Assembly: GCA_020536535.1 (NCBI GenBank)
Contig: JAHLWZ010000275.1
Span: forward strand, 99,748-163,747
Origin: Pelomyxa schiedti
Taxonomy: Eukaryota > Protista > Evosea
Direction of reading: 5' to 3'
Length of the DNA stretch: 64,000 nucleotides
Position 1 is the first letter of the stretch. Each line of letters begins with the position of its first letter. Both the position numbers and the translations under genes were made by a program. Below, piece after piece: positions 1-11,427 of the stretch. Under the pieces are notes generated by a model. It was not told where the DNA came from and did no database searches. It saw nothing but the letters and a program-made list of their open reading frames with translations.

Positions 1-80
1 ATGGGTTCCAAACGAGTGCCAACCGAAAGTACTTTTACCTTGCTGTGCAGCTGAAGTCTGCCTCAGGCACAAAATGGTGA
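1..80 (+). CDS. 3' end of an upstream gene, probable paralogue of the methyltransferase C-terminus of the 190-4147 gene (partial)
   Basis: Frame starting at nt 3 reads GFQTSANRKYFYLAVQLKSASGTKW*, compared with IDRKYFYLAMHT* at 4112-4147. The 14-mer aagtacttttacct is shared. Confidence 0.6.
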   Translation, partial: GFQTSANRKYFYLAVQLKSASGTKW

Positions 81-189
81 ACGTGATTCGGAATTTAAAT
101 TATTTTTTTCTTTATTGTATTTGTGGACCAATTTAGGCTACCGTACGACAACGTTCTTTAAGAAATAACAAAAAAAATAGTTTTGCGGG

Positions 190-3100
190 ATGTCGGACAA
201 CAACCCCCCGGTCGCTTTTACCGAAAACCCGAGGAATACGGTAGTCGCTACTTGCACAAAAAAAAAAACAACTTCGCAACTCACTCGTATTCCCCACGTA
301 TAGAACCCAAACCCCAGCGCCATCGAAACCTCTACGACCACGTCGCCAGCGACGTCGACCTCGTCGGCTAGTCCTGCAAGTAGCCCTCCCAGCCAGAACC
401 CAGTCGCCGATCACGTCCAGCAGCCGCGCAATCCCTGCGACAACGACGCTGCTATCGCGGCGGCACTGCAGCAGCGGGAGGAAAACGGCGGCCGGGAGCT
501 CCCCCGACTACCGGAAGAAAACCGTGAGCCTCTGTTGCGTGATACTGGTCCAGTCGCCAAGCACGAGGCGGTGAGTCCACCCAATGCCCCTGACACCATC
601 AATTGTGGAGGCACTGCTAAGCTGGAAGCTGGGTATCACTTACCAGCAAAACGCAATTATGAATATGGGGATGAACCTCCATCTGCATCGCCTCCAAAGA
701 GACCTACTGCCGTAGCCGCTAGTTTCCCGTACAAGCCAGCACTCCCAGATAGAGCGATTATCATTTGTAAGACCTGCCAAACCAGAGTGAAGGATAAGAA
801 AGAATTCCTCAGTCACAAGTGCCCAAACAAAGTAATCGCCTATATCTGTCAAAGGTGCACATCCGAGGCCATATTCTCCACAACTCAGAGTTATGCTGCT
901 CATATAAAGAACACACACCACTTAAGACAACACACCACTTCTGCACAACCACTAACAACAAACACGACATCTATAATCACACATCCCAATCCATTACCAA
1001 TACCAACACCTGTGTCACCATATCCAACACAAAACACACCTTCCCATGCACCACGAAATACACACACTCTAGCTGTAGATATGACAAAGTGGACGACAGC
1101 ACAATTCCCGTGCTCTGTTTGCAATGAGGTGTTCCAGGACCATATCTCGATTGAAGCGCATAAGAGGGAACATAATCACATCTGCGACACAAAGTGGCAG
1201 TGCCGCCACTGTGGAGTACGATATGACGTCCAACATGCACATGCGGCACACATTGGACAATTGAAAAAGGTAAAAACTGCTTCGTGGCACTCACTGATTA
1301 ATCACTACCAAAGGAAATTGGTAAAAACAGATTAAATGACCAAGACACCGAACGGGTCATCGGACTCATTGAAGAGAAATTGCAGAAAATCAGTGTGCAG
1401 CTTCTCCCTTCACTCGAGTTGATTGACATCAAACCCAATGTTCCCCACCCTCAAAAGTCCTCAGGGGGCACAACCAACTCCCTTGCGGACCCACACTCTA
1501 GTTCGCCAGATCCGCATCCAACAGCACCCGAACTCCCACCGTACCAAGTGTTTCCATCACAGGAGAGAGAGGCCCGCAAGCTTTTCGAGATTATTAAAGG
1601 GGAGTGGAACGAACTTCCTAACTCTTACAGAAGCCTGGACGTGCTGATCTTGGTCCAACTACAACTGTTCGATCAGACACTGAATAGAGTGAGGAGCTTT
1701 GAGGAACACATCACCAACAGCGAGCAGTTTCATGGGATGAGGAGGAACCTCCGCATCCGAGTTGTCAAGGGCAACAATTACAAAGATAGAAAACATGACA
1801 CAAGGGAGTTTTTTGACAAAGCTGAAAGGTGCAAAGACGACCCTGAACACTTTTTTGTCATCATCCACGACGAGTGTCACTGGGGAACAAAGTACACCAA
1901 AAAAGAGAAACCTGGTAGGCTTGGCTCCATCCTCAAGGATGCCCTTGTGAGGCCTGGAAACAACATGTTGATACTTCAGATTTCAACAACTGCGTGGAAC
2001 CAGATCGAACTGCTGAAACGATCTTTTGGGTCTGAGAAAATTGAGGAGAGAGAGAAGATTGGGAAGCTTGAGAAGCACGTGCATGTGTGGACTGAGACCG
2101 GTCCTGATGACGGCATGGAATACATTGGTCGCCAAAAGCTGATGGATAGTAAGTGCATCACCGAAAGCAACTCGTTTTGCCTTGAGAAGTGCGAGGAACT
2201 TTGTAACGAGCTGTTTCCTGATGACCCATTCCTGTTCAACAAACTTGCTGCCTCGAGTGACTGGCCCACCTTTTTGAGTCTCATGACGTATATTGCTGCG
2301 TTCATCAAGCGCCATTGTGAAGAGGTTGATTCCCTTTCCTTTTCTCCCGTTTGTGCCTCACCTTTAAACAAAACAGTATTCTGAAGTCGTTCCCAGTGAA
2401 AGATGGATCCAAATTGTGGACTGTCCACACACCCTTGAAGCAGTGAAGTTGATAAAACAGGGTCACATTGTTGCTGTGAGGCTGCCGAGCAACCTGTCAC
2501 GGTGTTACGGAAAAATCATCTCGCGGCTCCTGAAAGGGTTGGGAGAAACAAGATTCTTCTGTGTTCATGATGCCATTGACTCTGACCACGATGGCTCCAA
2601 AACACTCGTGACTGAGGAATGTGCTGTCCGTCTCGCGGCGTTGCAGGGAAGGAGAAAGGCCACATTCCGGAATTACCAAGACCTCAATGGGCTTCCTTGT
2701 CTGCTCGTTCTCGTTGAGAAGGTGTGTGCTTTTTGAATGTGGAGGAGTCTTCCCCCCCCCCCCCCAACCGACTGACTGACAACCAGGCACGAATGGGAGA
2801 CACAATGCCAATCAACTTCAAACTGTTTGACCTGAGGGCACGTTACCTCACTCCAAAGTTTGTTTTTTCGGCCTTCTTGCAGGACATTGGACGTGCATTC
2901 GAGTGGTGTCAGGCTGAAAAACCTGGAAAACCTACCCAAGACTGTATCCGCGTTTACGTCAACTCAATGGCATATCAGTATGCAAAAAACCCCGTTGAGA
3001 CACTTCAGTGTTCCAATGGCCAGTTGGAACCTTGCTTGAAGAAGACCGGCGGCAAAAAATGTCCATATGAACGAGTGAGTTCTTTGACAATGTGGTTCCC

Positions 3101-4147
3101 CCCAGACTTACCTCAATTTTAGGTGCCGGACAACGCTTTCCCAGCGTCGCTGGAGGTGTTCCTCAACCCGAATCTCATTTGGAAGCCATCGGAAATGGGT
3201 TCCTGGAAATTTCTGGAGGAGAACTTGAGTGACCTGTCAGACAAACTGAAGCAACGGTTTGTGATCTCAGCTGAGCCTCAGATCGGCAAGACTGGTGCTT
3301 ACCTCCACTTCATTGAGCTCCTCGTGAATCACTTCGAACTCCCGCCTGCTAACCATGAGGAGGAAATGTTTTACTATGTTCTCGGGAGCCTGACAAACAT
3401 GGATCCCAATGAACTCCACTCCAAGTTGGAACGGGGCGACCCAGAAACACTCCAGAATTGGAGATTTCTGCTTCAGTGCCAAGACAAACTGTTTGAGGCA
3501 ACGTCGGAAAGGGAGCGACTGTTGCTGATACCACCTGAAGATCAGACGGTTCCATCATCACGAGCAGCCAGCTTCATCTGGGATCTGTGCTTTAAACACG
3601 GCCTTCCGCAAGAATCCCTTCTGGACGGCTCCCCCGTGTGTCTTGTTGCGGACATGGGCTGCGGAACTTGTGCACTCGCGAAAAAGTTGAAAGAATACCA
3701 CCCCCAAATACAGGTGCGCGATCACATAATGTAAGTCCCACCCAACCACTATTCATCAACAAACAGGTGACCAACTTTGACCACACATACGGGGAAGAGG
3801 ACAGCTGCTACAAAGTGGTGCCGTGCAACTTCACCAACACTCCAGCCCAAGAGGGAGTGTTTGATGTTGTTGTGTTCAGCATGTCGCTGAGCTGGGGCGG
3901 CGCCAGGCCAGAGTTCGTTCATAAAGCAATCGTGGAGGCAAAGAGGATACTCAAGCCGAAGGGATACATCTTTGTGGCTGACGAGTTGAACAACTGGTGT
4001 TGGCTGGGTGGCGTTGACCCGGTGCCGCGTGCGCTCATGGTAGAATTCGCAAACCAGGCAATCTCGCGGATTGGGAATGATGGGAGCTTGTTCATCAAAG
4101 AGAGAAGCATCGATAGGAAGTACTTTTACCTGGCAATGCACACGTGA
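190..4147 (+). CDS. C2H2 zinc finger + GREB1-like circularly permuted SF2 ATPase + class I SAM-dependent methyltransferase fusion protein (~1210 aa, 7 exons)
   Basis: Exons 190-240, 304-1269, 1314-2324, 2377-2721, 2787-3074, 3123-3713, 3767-4147 are joined in frame by GT-AG introns. Motifs: CxxC..H..H fingers; FFVIIHDECHWG (Walker B, DECH at 1869-1880); LPCLLVLVEKARMGDTMPINFKLFDLR; QDIGR; ISAEPQIGKTGAYLHF (Walker A, 3276-3293); VADMGCG (DMGCG at 3651-3665); FDVVVFSMSL..EAKRILKPKGYIFVADE. Confidence 0.85.
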
Positions 4148-4284
4148 CAATTTCCGGCACAACGAATTGTCGTACAACGAAAATTTTTTCTCTGTCCACT
4201 GCTTTTTTCTTTTTGTTTTTGGCCACGGAATTGCCCCGAAAAAAAAAACACTTGCGAAAGTTCGAGTTACAACAACGCAAGACG

Positions 4285-5145
4285 ATGTCTCAGAAGTGCC
4301 CACGTTGCACCAAGTCCGTCTACGCAAACGAGCGGTATTTTCCTTTCTTTTGCTTCCTCCTTTTTTTTCCCCAGTCGGTGCCTAGCGCGCGAGTTGAGAG
4401 AAAATGGAATAACTTTGTTTGCGTTAGAGTTTCTGCTCTTGGAAAGGCTTTCCACAAGTCATGTTTCAAGTGCATGCAGTGCAACGGCGCCCTGCAGCTC
4501 GGTAGCGAGTGCGGCGGCCCTGATTCGTTGCCCTACTGCAAGAAATGTCGGTTTCCTTTTCCACCTTATTTTAAAAATAAAAAAGCTGCGAAATGTTCTA
4601 ACTTACACTTCTCATTGAAGGTTACGGCCAGAAGTTCGGCCCTAAGGGTTTCGGTGTGTCTTCCCCCTGTTTTGTAGAAACCCTAGAATTACTTTGGTCG
4701 TGGAGTCTTAGGCATTTATTAACATGCAAAAACAGGACACGGCTCAACAGAGGCAACTAATTCGCAGAGGCGACAACCCGGCGCACCGGCTCCCAATGTT
4801 GCACCCAGTGGGCCTGTTGTTGAGTGCATGATGGATAAGGAGGCCGCCCAGTATGATTCACCACCAGAGCCTGAGCCGCAACCAGAACCCACACCAACTC
4901 CTGTTGCAGTGACTACTCCTGCTTCACCCCCTTCAACACCCACTCCAGCTGCTACTACTGGGCCCAAGTTCTGTCCAGGTTTGAATCTTTTTCGTCATTG
5001 TTCTTATACTAAACAAACTCCCACCCTTATCTGCTAGAGTGTGGATCAAAAACCACTGGTGCCAAGGTAGTTGCCCCGTTTTGTTTCAAAATATTGACAC
5101 TGCCCCACATAGTTTTGCCCAGAGTGCGGAGCCAAGCTGATTTAA
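4285..5145 (+). CDS. LIM-domain (CRP-like) protein with Pro/Thr linker and C-terminal double zinc ribbon
   Basis: Spliced [35 protein letters not shown]...PYCKKC-YGQKFGPKG; C-terminus KFCPECGSKTTGAKFCPECGAKLI*. Confidence 0.85.
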
Positions 5146-5472
5146 ATTTCAAAATGGACATGAAAAACATCTTCACTTTCTCCACTTTTTTTTGAATAGG
5201 AAAAACCCAAGTTGTGTATTGCCAGGAAAAGGCTTGGCACTTGTTTGGAACCCAACAGTGTGGTGAATTCAAAATTCTGATCTGCACACAGGCTGAAGAG
5301 CCTCAAGATTGCAGAGGTACTGGACATTTGGGTAATTTTTAATCACCAGACAAGCCTCCCCTCCACTTGATTCCTGCATCTGAAGAACGCATCGCGTTAC
5401 TGTCTTTGGAGCTCTTCCACCTTGTGCCTGGGCGAAATTGGTTGCTTTTCCGGCACTTCCGCAATTTGGGTG

Positions 5473-6646
5473 ATGCTTGTCCCCGATTTTTTTGTGGCCG
5501 CGCACGGGTCGTCCAGTGGCTTCAGTGGTTGTCCCATAATTGTGGTACATTGGCTCTGCCATTTGTTGTTTCCTCGTTTGGTTCGGGCTCCATCCGGACA
5601 CCAACCTCCCTGAACCACCGACCGACCGCGATCGACTCTAACCCCCCACAAAACGACAGCCGGCTTTGACTATCGGCAATGTACCGCAGATGGCCTGTGA
5701 CCTGCTGATTCACAACAGCCACGCGAACCGCGTTGGCTACATTTGCTCCGACGACGTTGTTGCCACATGCGGCGTGGATGCCTACACTCCCCCGTCTTCT
5801 GGCGTTGTTCATACTTCTGTGGAGTGTATTGACTTTCTCCCCCTCTTTTTGGGAATATTTTCTTTCTCTGCTCGTCGCCTACATTTTCCTTATCGAAATA
5901 ACTTAGTGTATGAGTGTCCCAGACCCACGGGTAGTGTATTCATTCTCCAGCAACGCTCTCCAGTGAGACAGGTGATTCCCACCTTTGTATATGTTGCTCC
6001 GCTGATTCATCTTTCTTTTACTCCAGGGTTGTGGCTTGCAATATGCCGCTAGTCTTAGCAAGTGGCTAAAGGACTCTGGGTTTTCCCATGTTGTATTGTT
6101 AGTAAGTATTGATGCTGGGAGAGTGCCACCACAAGAAGGGTACCGTCTTTGGCAATCCTTACATAAATAATCAAACCAATCCCAAACCGAAGGCAAAGGA
6201 ATTAATTGGTTAAACTGCAGCTCATTGAGATTCTTTGTGAATAACCTGGAGAGTGCACTTTCGACTCTCTCCCCCATGGGTCAGAAAGTTACCGAATCCG
6301 ACCTTCTTATGCTCTCTGAGGATTCACCTTCACTCGCGTAGGTGTCCATTTGTGTTGCCCATTCTCACCCCCTTTAGACTGTGGAAGTTTTCCAAAGAGA
6401 GTGCCTTACCCTTTGTTGTATTGGAAACAGTATGCCACGAGGGAGACAATGTAGTTGACGCAGTACAATTCACCTGCCAGGTTAATGACTATTTGCATCT
6501 GTTACCAGGTAGGCAGAACAAACCCCTTGACTGCCAGTAACCCTCTGTTTTCATCAGTTACGGAAAACCCAAGAATAACTGTGCCTCCATCCTGGAGCCA
6601 TACCGTACTCTGGGGTTCTGTTGGCCACACAACAACACTCTACTGA
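5473..6646 (+). CDS. PSMG2: Proteasome assembly chaperone 2 (PAC2 family)
   Basis: Spliced PALTIGNVPQMACDLLI, ILQQRSP, LSKWLKDSGFSHVVLLVS, CHEGDNVVDA, VPPSWSHTVLWG match PAC2 motifs. Confidence 0.85.
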
Positions 6647-6672
6647 GCACAACAACACACCGCTCCTCCAAA

Positions 6673-6761
6673 TGGCTGATTAAAAAAAACACCAGACCGC
6701 CGATCCTGAGCCAATAACGAAAAGTACAGCGTTCCGGTCTGTTGATTATTTTATTCAGGCA
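6673..6761. repeat. ~90-nt palindromic dispersed element, copy 1
   Basis: Core caccagaccgccgatcctgagc..ataacgaaaa..acagcgttccggtctgttgattattttattc is shared with 6771-6852 and 29460-29550; imperfect terminal inverted repeats. Confidence 0.9.
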
Positions 6762-6770
6762 AAATACACT

Positions 6771-6852
6771 TGGCAGAATAAAACACCAGACCGCCGATCC
6801 TTAGCGACGATAACGAAAATGACAGCGTTCCGGTCTGTTGATTATTTTATTC
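6771..6852. repeat. ~90-nt palindromic dispersed element, copy 2 (tandem, slightly truncated)
   Basis: Near-identical to copies 1 and 3; 9-nt spacer after copy 1. Confidence 0.9.
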
Positions 6853-6919
6853 CTCTTGCCTTCCCAGAAAAATAGCGTGCGTGTCGCACAGTGAGAGCTG
6901 GTAAATTTTTCAAATCGTG

Positions 6920-7654
6920 ATGGCTACATCAACACCAAGCAGTGGGAGTGGCAGTGGGCTCGTAGTTGGGCTGAAGAGGGAGGCCCCTGCTTTTGTAGTT
7001 CAGACCGAGCACACTGCCGCCAAGTACTCGAGCGGCCTGGCTCCTGTTCTAGCAACACCGCACTTGGTGAATCCCAGCAGTAATAATAATAATGGGCAGC
7101 GTCGTTGAGTGGTGGTTTAATATAATAACAGTTTGTCCATCACCGCAACTATGTGGTTGGGGTGTTTGTTAACAACTTCTATTTGCTGTATGTAGGTTGC
7201 CATGTTTGAGTGCTGCGGGAAGGACTTGATGGATCCGTTCTTGGAGCCAGGCCGTAGCTCCGTCGGGTACTCTCAACATGCCAATCCTCCTTGTACTAAC
7301 AGCCTTTGTTTGTTGCAGATCATTCATTACTGTCAAACATACTGCTCCTACGCCAGTGGGAATGAAAGTTACCATTTCCATGGAACTAGTACGCTTCCTT
7401 GCCCTTATTCTCTATACTAGAAAGTATAGTATAATAAAATAGTACTTGGAAAAATTCAAAACAGCTAATATCTTTTTTTTTACTCAAAAAAAAAGGTTGC
7501 TGTCGATGGACCAAGACTTAAGTTCAAGGGTATTGCTAGGGATGAAGTGGAAGTTATTGGAGAATGTGAGCACGAGAGGTTCATAATCAATTGGGAAAGG
7601 TTCATGGCTAAAGTTGCTGCAAAACAAGCCAAAATCGCCACTTCATCCTCATAA
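6920..7654 (+). CDS. FlK-type (fluoroacetyl-CoA thioesterase-like) hotdog-fold thioesterase
   Basis: HTAAKYSSGLAPVLATPHL-VAMFECC..SSVG..HTAPTPVGMKV..VAVDGPRLKF..IGECEHERFIINWERF: the Thr/Glu/His pattern of the FlK family. Confidence 0.85.
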
Positions 7655-7702
7655 GAAAATTTTCAATAAATGAACTCCATGCCTCAAGCTCTTTCTGACT
7701 TC

Positions 7703-9819
7703 TTAGCGGCGTTTTTTGAATATTGAGCCTTCCTGGTAGAGGTATGAATCGCCGTTCACAGTGAATCTTCTTCCTTGAGGAAGGGTACGGTAGTGTGTAG
7801 GCACGTTTGCGTGAAATTGGTTGGAGGGAACCATGAAAGGAGGTGTGGGGAGTAATGGGTTCCTCGGGTTTGGTGTGGGACTAATTGGACGTGGGTTGAG
7901 TTGTAAAGGTAACTGATCGGAATTGAACCGCGGAGTTGGACTTTGAGTCATTCCCCTTGGCGTTGCATGTACCTACTTGTGTTAGAAACATTAAGAGAAA
8001 GTACTTGCTAGACCACAGGAAAAGTGCAGTGAGCCGCTACAGGCGACGTGCTAGAAGCTATGGATGGTGTCTGCGTGTCTGGGTGTGAAACAATGGGTTG
8101 CATTGGAGGGATGGTGCGCGTTTCAGCGGGTGAACTGTGGAGGCCTTCATAGCGCGGCTGTTCACAAATACTTGTACAACCTCTGAGTGCATCTCTACCA
8201 GCCGGCTCGACCAAGGTCTCATCACTTCTGAGGGACGAAAAAGGAATCTGCACCTTGGAAAATAGGGTAGAGAACATGCTGGGTGGGTCTTTGTCCTCGT
8301 AACGGGCCCTGGATTGCTGAACAGGGGCAGTATATGCTTGAGGAAGATCCCAGGGCAATACATCTCGTAATGCAGGAGGAGGTGGCAAAGGTGGAAGAGG
8401 GGGGAGCGTAGTATGGTCGTTGACGGGTATAGTTGGCATTGGGCTCTGAAGGAATTGAGTATCAACAATCCCTAGTCGAGTTTGAAGTTGTACTAGAGCG
8501 GATTCTCTCTCCTTCAATTTGGTATCAAAGGCGGCAACTAACTGTTTTTGAAAATATAACTCATTATTAGTAGCCCTGGCCTTCTCTGCGCGGTGGGTCA
8601 ATTTGGTTTCCAGGTTTTCCATCTCTTCTTGCAGAGCCACAATCTGTTTCTTCATTTTCACATTTTCTTCATCATTTTCAGTCGTTTGTGACCGCTGGTG
8701 TGCTTTGAGTAGCTCTACGTATGCGCGCAGCTGTTCCACTTCACTTCTGAGCTCTCTTGCTTCGTCTAGGGCAGTCTGAAATCTCCCAACCTCTACCACT
8801 TCCGCTCTGAATTGCGCAAGTTCAGCTGAATCAAGTTTCAGTTGAACCACCTTCTTTTCTAGATTTGCGCATTCAAGCTTCCATTTAGATGCCTCTTCTG
8901 TGAGAGTTTTCTTGGCGACTTGCTCGGCCGATACACGAGAACATAATATTTCTACCTGGTGTCTGAGTTGAGCTGCTACATCTTCGGCTGTATGCAGTTT
9001 GTTCTCTGCCTCAGTAAGGGATACTTGACTTTTTCCTGTTGCCTCCTCGGCCACACCACAGCGTTGTTTCCATGTCTCCGCTTCTGATCTGTTTGCACTG
9101 ATTTGGTTTTTGAGCCGTGTTATCTCTGATTCCATATGTCTCAAGGACTGCGTCAAATCTGTTTCGGTTTTTTTGTTGGATTGCTTGAGCTGTGCTAAGG
9201 CTTGCTTGGTGGCACACACTTTTCCCTGTTCGTCCAGTAGTTGGGTTGCCAGTTCAGTTTTACTCTTTCTCTCACTATCAAGTAATTCTTCTAGAGTCTG
9301 GCATCTTTGGTTTTGTCGTCTCAACTCTTCATGGAGTGTCAAGATAGTGGTTTCATGATTGTCCAGTACTTTCTCAGGTGAATTTGTTATTTGAATGCAG
9401 TTTGTGTCGGCTTCTGCACGTTCAACATCCATAGGTGGTTGCGTCACAGTAGAGTGAATGTGTGTATCCTGCTGAATGATAGGTGCTTCATTAACAGCTG
9501 TGGGAGCCGAGTCACAGTCTCGATGGACTGGTAAATCCTCCGGAACGTTGAAAGGTACTGCTGCACAAGTTCCCTGTTCAGGTTGTTGGTCAAGGCTCTC
9601 TCCATTCTCTTTCGGTTGGTTCCTTTGCATAGAAGGAGGAGAGTGCATCAGTATGTCTTTCATTAGCTTCTCGTGTCTGTGTGCGAAGTGGTGAAGTAAG
9701 AGTAGCACGGAATCTACGCCTCATTTAAACGCAAGAGGTTGGAGAAAGAAAAAATTGTACCATAGAAACCCCGCGATGACAGTAGACAAACGACAAGCGT
9801 TACTACCCAAGTCGTCATT
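7703..9819 (-). CDS. Hypothetical long coiled-coil protein with Pro-rich C-terminus (start approximate)
   Basis: 566-aa ORF 8008-9708 with heptad E/K/Q-rich segment, plus a terminal exon within 7703-7951. Confidence 0.6.
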
Positions 9820-10056
9820 CCGACGACAATGCTCGCTACTGGTGTAAATCTAAGAGCCTGTGGATCTCGCCACAACACCGATGCGCCGTCGTGCTGCCTT
9901 TGTTTGGTTGTTATTGGTTTTTTTAACCTTTGGCATTCATCATCCTGGCGTCCAATATTTTGGCAGGAATCCCCTGCGACACGAAAGTTAACGCGAAGAA
10001 GACAAAAAAAAAAAATTAGAGCGAGTGGTTATTTGGATACTGCTATAACTTGTCGT

Positions 10057-10139
10057 TCTGACGCTCTACCAGTTGAGCTACCCCACTTTTTGATGACTAG
10101 TGGGGGTTGGCGTTGATCCAACGACCTTCAGACCTTCAT
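10057..10139 (-). tRNA. Putative circularly permuted tRNA-Phe(GAA): 3' half (10139-10098) precedes 5' half (10087-10057)
   Basis: 3' half ATGAAGG-TCTGA-AGGTC-GTTGG-ATCAACG-CCAAC-CCCCACT-A; 10-nt spacer GTCATCAAAA; 5' half AGTGGGG-TA-GCTC-AACTGGTA-GAGC-G-TCAGA. All four stems pair perfectly (7/4/5/5 bp). A T-run follows ~40 nt downstream. Confidence 0.7.
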
Positions 10140-10315
10140 AGACTGGGTTTTTTAATCGAGGAAGCAGTAGAGTCCCTTTTGGCACTCTCCCCAGTCTTTT
10201 TTGCCAGCGTCGTCCTTCTTCCCCGTGCGAATTTTTCCACGAACATCATTGTGGGAACCTTTCTCAAAAATCGGCCCGTCAACCAACAAACAAAACAAAA
10301 AAACCACGCAAAGCA

Positions 10316-11427
10316 ATGCCGTTGTTCAAGGTAGATTCGGTTGTGCTTCTCAAGCCCAAAAAGAAACACGCAGAAACCAGGGAGCAATACCGTTCCCTCA
10401 AAGGTTCGTGTTTTTCCACATTTTTTTTTTTTTGAAGGTGGAATTAATTGATGAAACCAGTGACTCTGTCGCTCACCCACTTACCAACCCCTTTCTGGGG
10501 TTTTTTTTTTTAAACTACAGCAAGTTTGGGAAGGGGTATGCAGCTGAAGGATGCTGTTAGACTGCCTCCTGGGGAAGACCCTAATGTGTGGATAGCAATG
10601 AATAGTAGAATCCCTTCTTTCTAAAAATATTGTTTATATCTGCTTGCTATGTTCACTTTTCTTTGATTTGACTGTAATAATTACTAGCTATGGAGTTGTA
10701 CAACACAACTTTTTTGTGCTTCGGCATTGTCACTGGGACTTGTACCACAAGAAGTTGCCCAAAGGTTTGTAGCTTTATATACTGCTCCCTTTCATTTAAC
10801 CACCCACCAAGATGACAGCTGGTCCAAGGTATGCCACATGACCAGAGAAGTGGGCGGAATAAATCTTCTTTGTACAGGTATGAGTTTCTGTGGACAGATA
10901 AAGGAACAAAAGCCAACGTTTCCTTGCCGGCACCAGGTTAGTCACTGTTTGCATTTTTAATCTTAAACCCTTCTCTAGTTTATATAGACAATCTCGCGGA
11001 TTGGGTTCACGAACAAATCAACGATCCAGCTGTCTTTCCACCCAACTCCCGAGGTTTCAGCCCAATAACTCCGCTTCTCAGATTAACTAATTGCACTAGC
11101 CTACCCCAAGACCTTCATTCCCACCTGCTCGAAGATTCTGTCGAGGCTTTTCAGGGTGTAAGTTCCAGAAACCTTCTTATCCCAACCCGTATCCACCTTC
11201 ACCACAGATTTGCACACATGTATCACCATCACTTTGATGACCTGAGGGTACATTTTTTTCTTCTCCCTATCTAACTTTCCACCAAAACTAACCACTTCCA
11301 GCGCCTTGGTGCTGAAGCTCATTTCAACACCACCCTCAAGCACTTCTACTTCTTTGTAAGTGAATTCCACCTTGTTGAACCTGCAGCCCTTGACCCTCTC
11401 GCTGCTGTACTTTCCACTTTCGTCTAA
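10316..11427 (+). CDS. MOB kinase activator family protein
   Basis: Spliced LKDAVRLPPGEDPNVWIAMN, CTTRSCPK, YEFLWTD, YIDNLADWVHEQINDPAVFP, KILSRLFRV-FAHMYHHH, AEAHFNTTLKHFYFFVSEFHLVE. Confidence 0.9.

Noticed and set aside
241-3766. All six introns of the GREB1-like gene are phase 0
   Set aside because: Phase 0 is the commonest class and the sample is small; not enough to infer exon shuffling.
5269-6277. Minus-strand ORFs 5269-5604 and 5903-6277
   Set aside because: Antisense shadows of the spliced PSMG2 gene.
6673-6852. CRISPR-like array
   Set aside because: Only two long units with a 9-nt spacer, eukaryotic context, no cas genes.
10051-10056. Alternative reading of the permuted tRNA as Val(GAC) with a 37/38 junction
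   Set aside because: Would need A32/C33 instead of U33 and has no central helix; the body matches Phe-type sequence.
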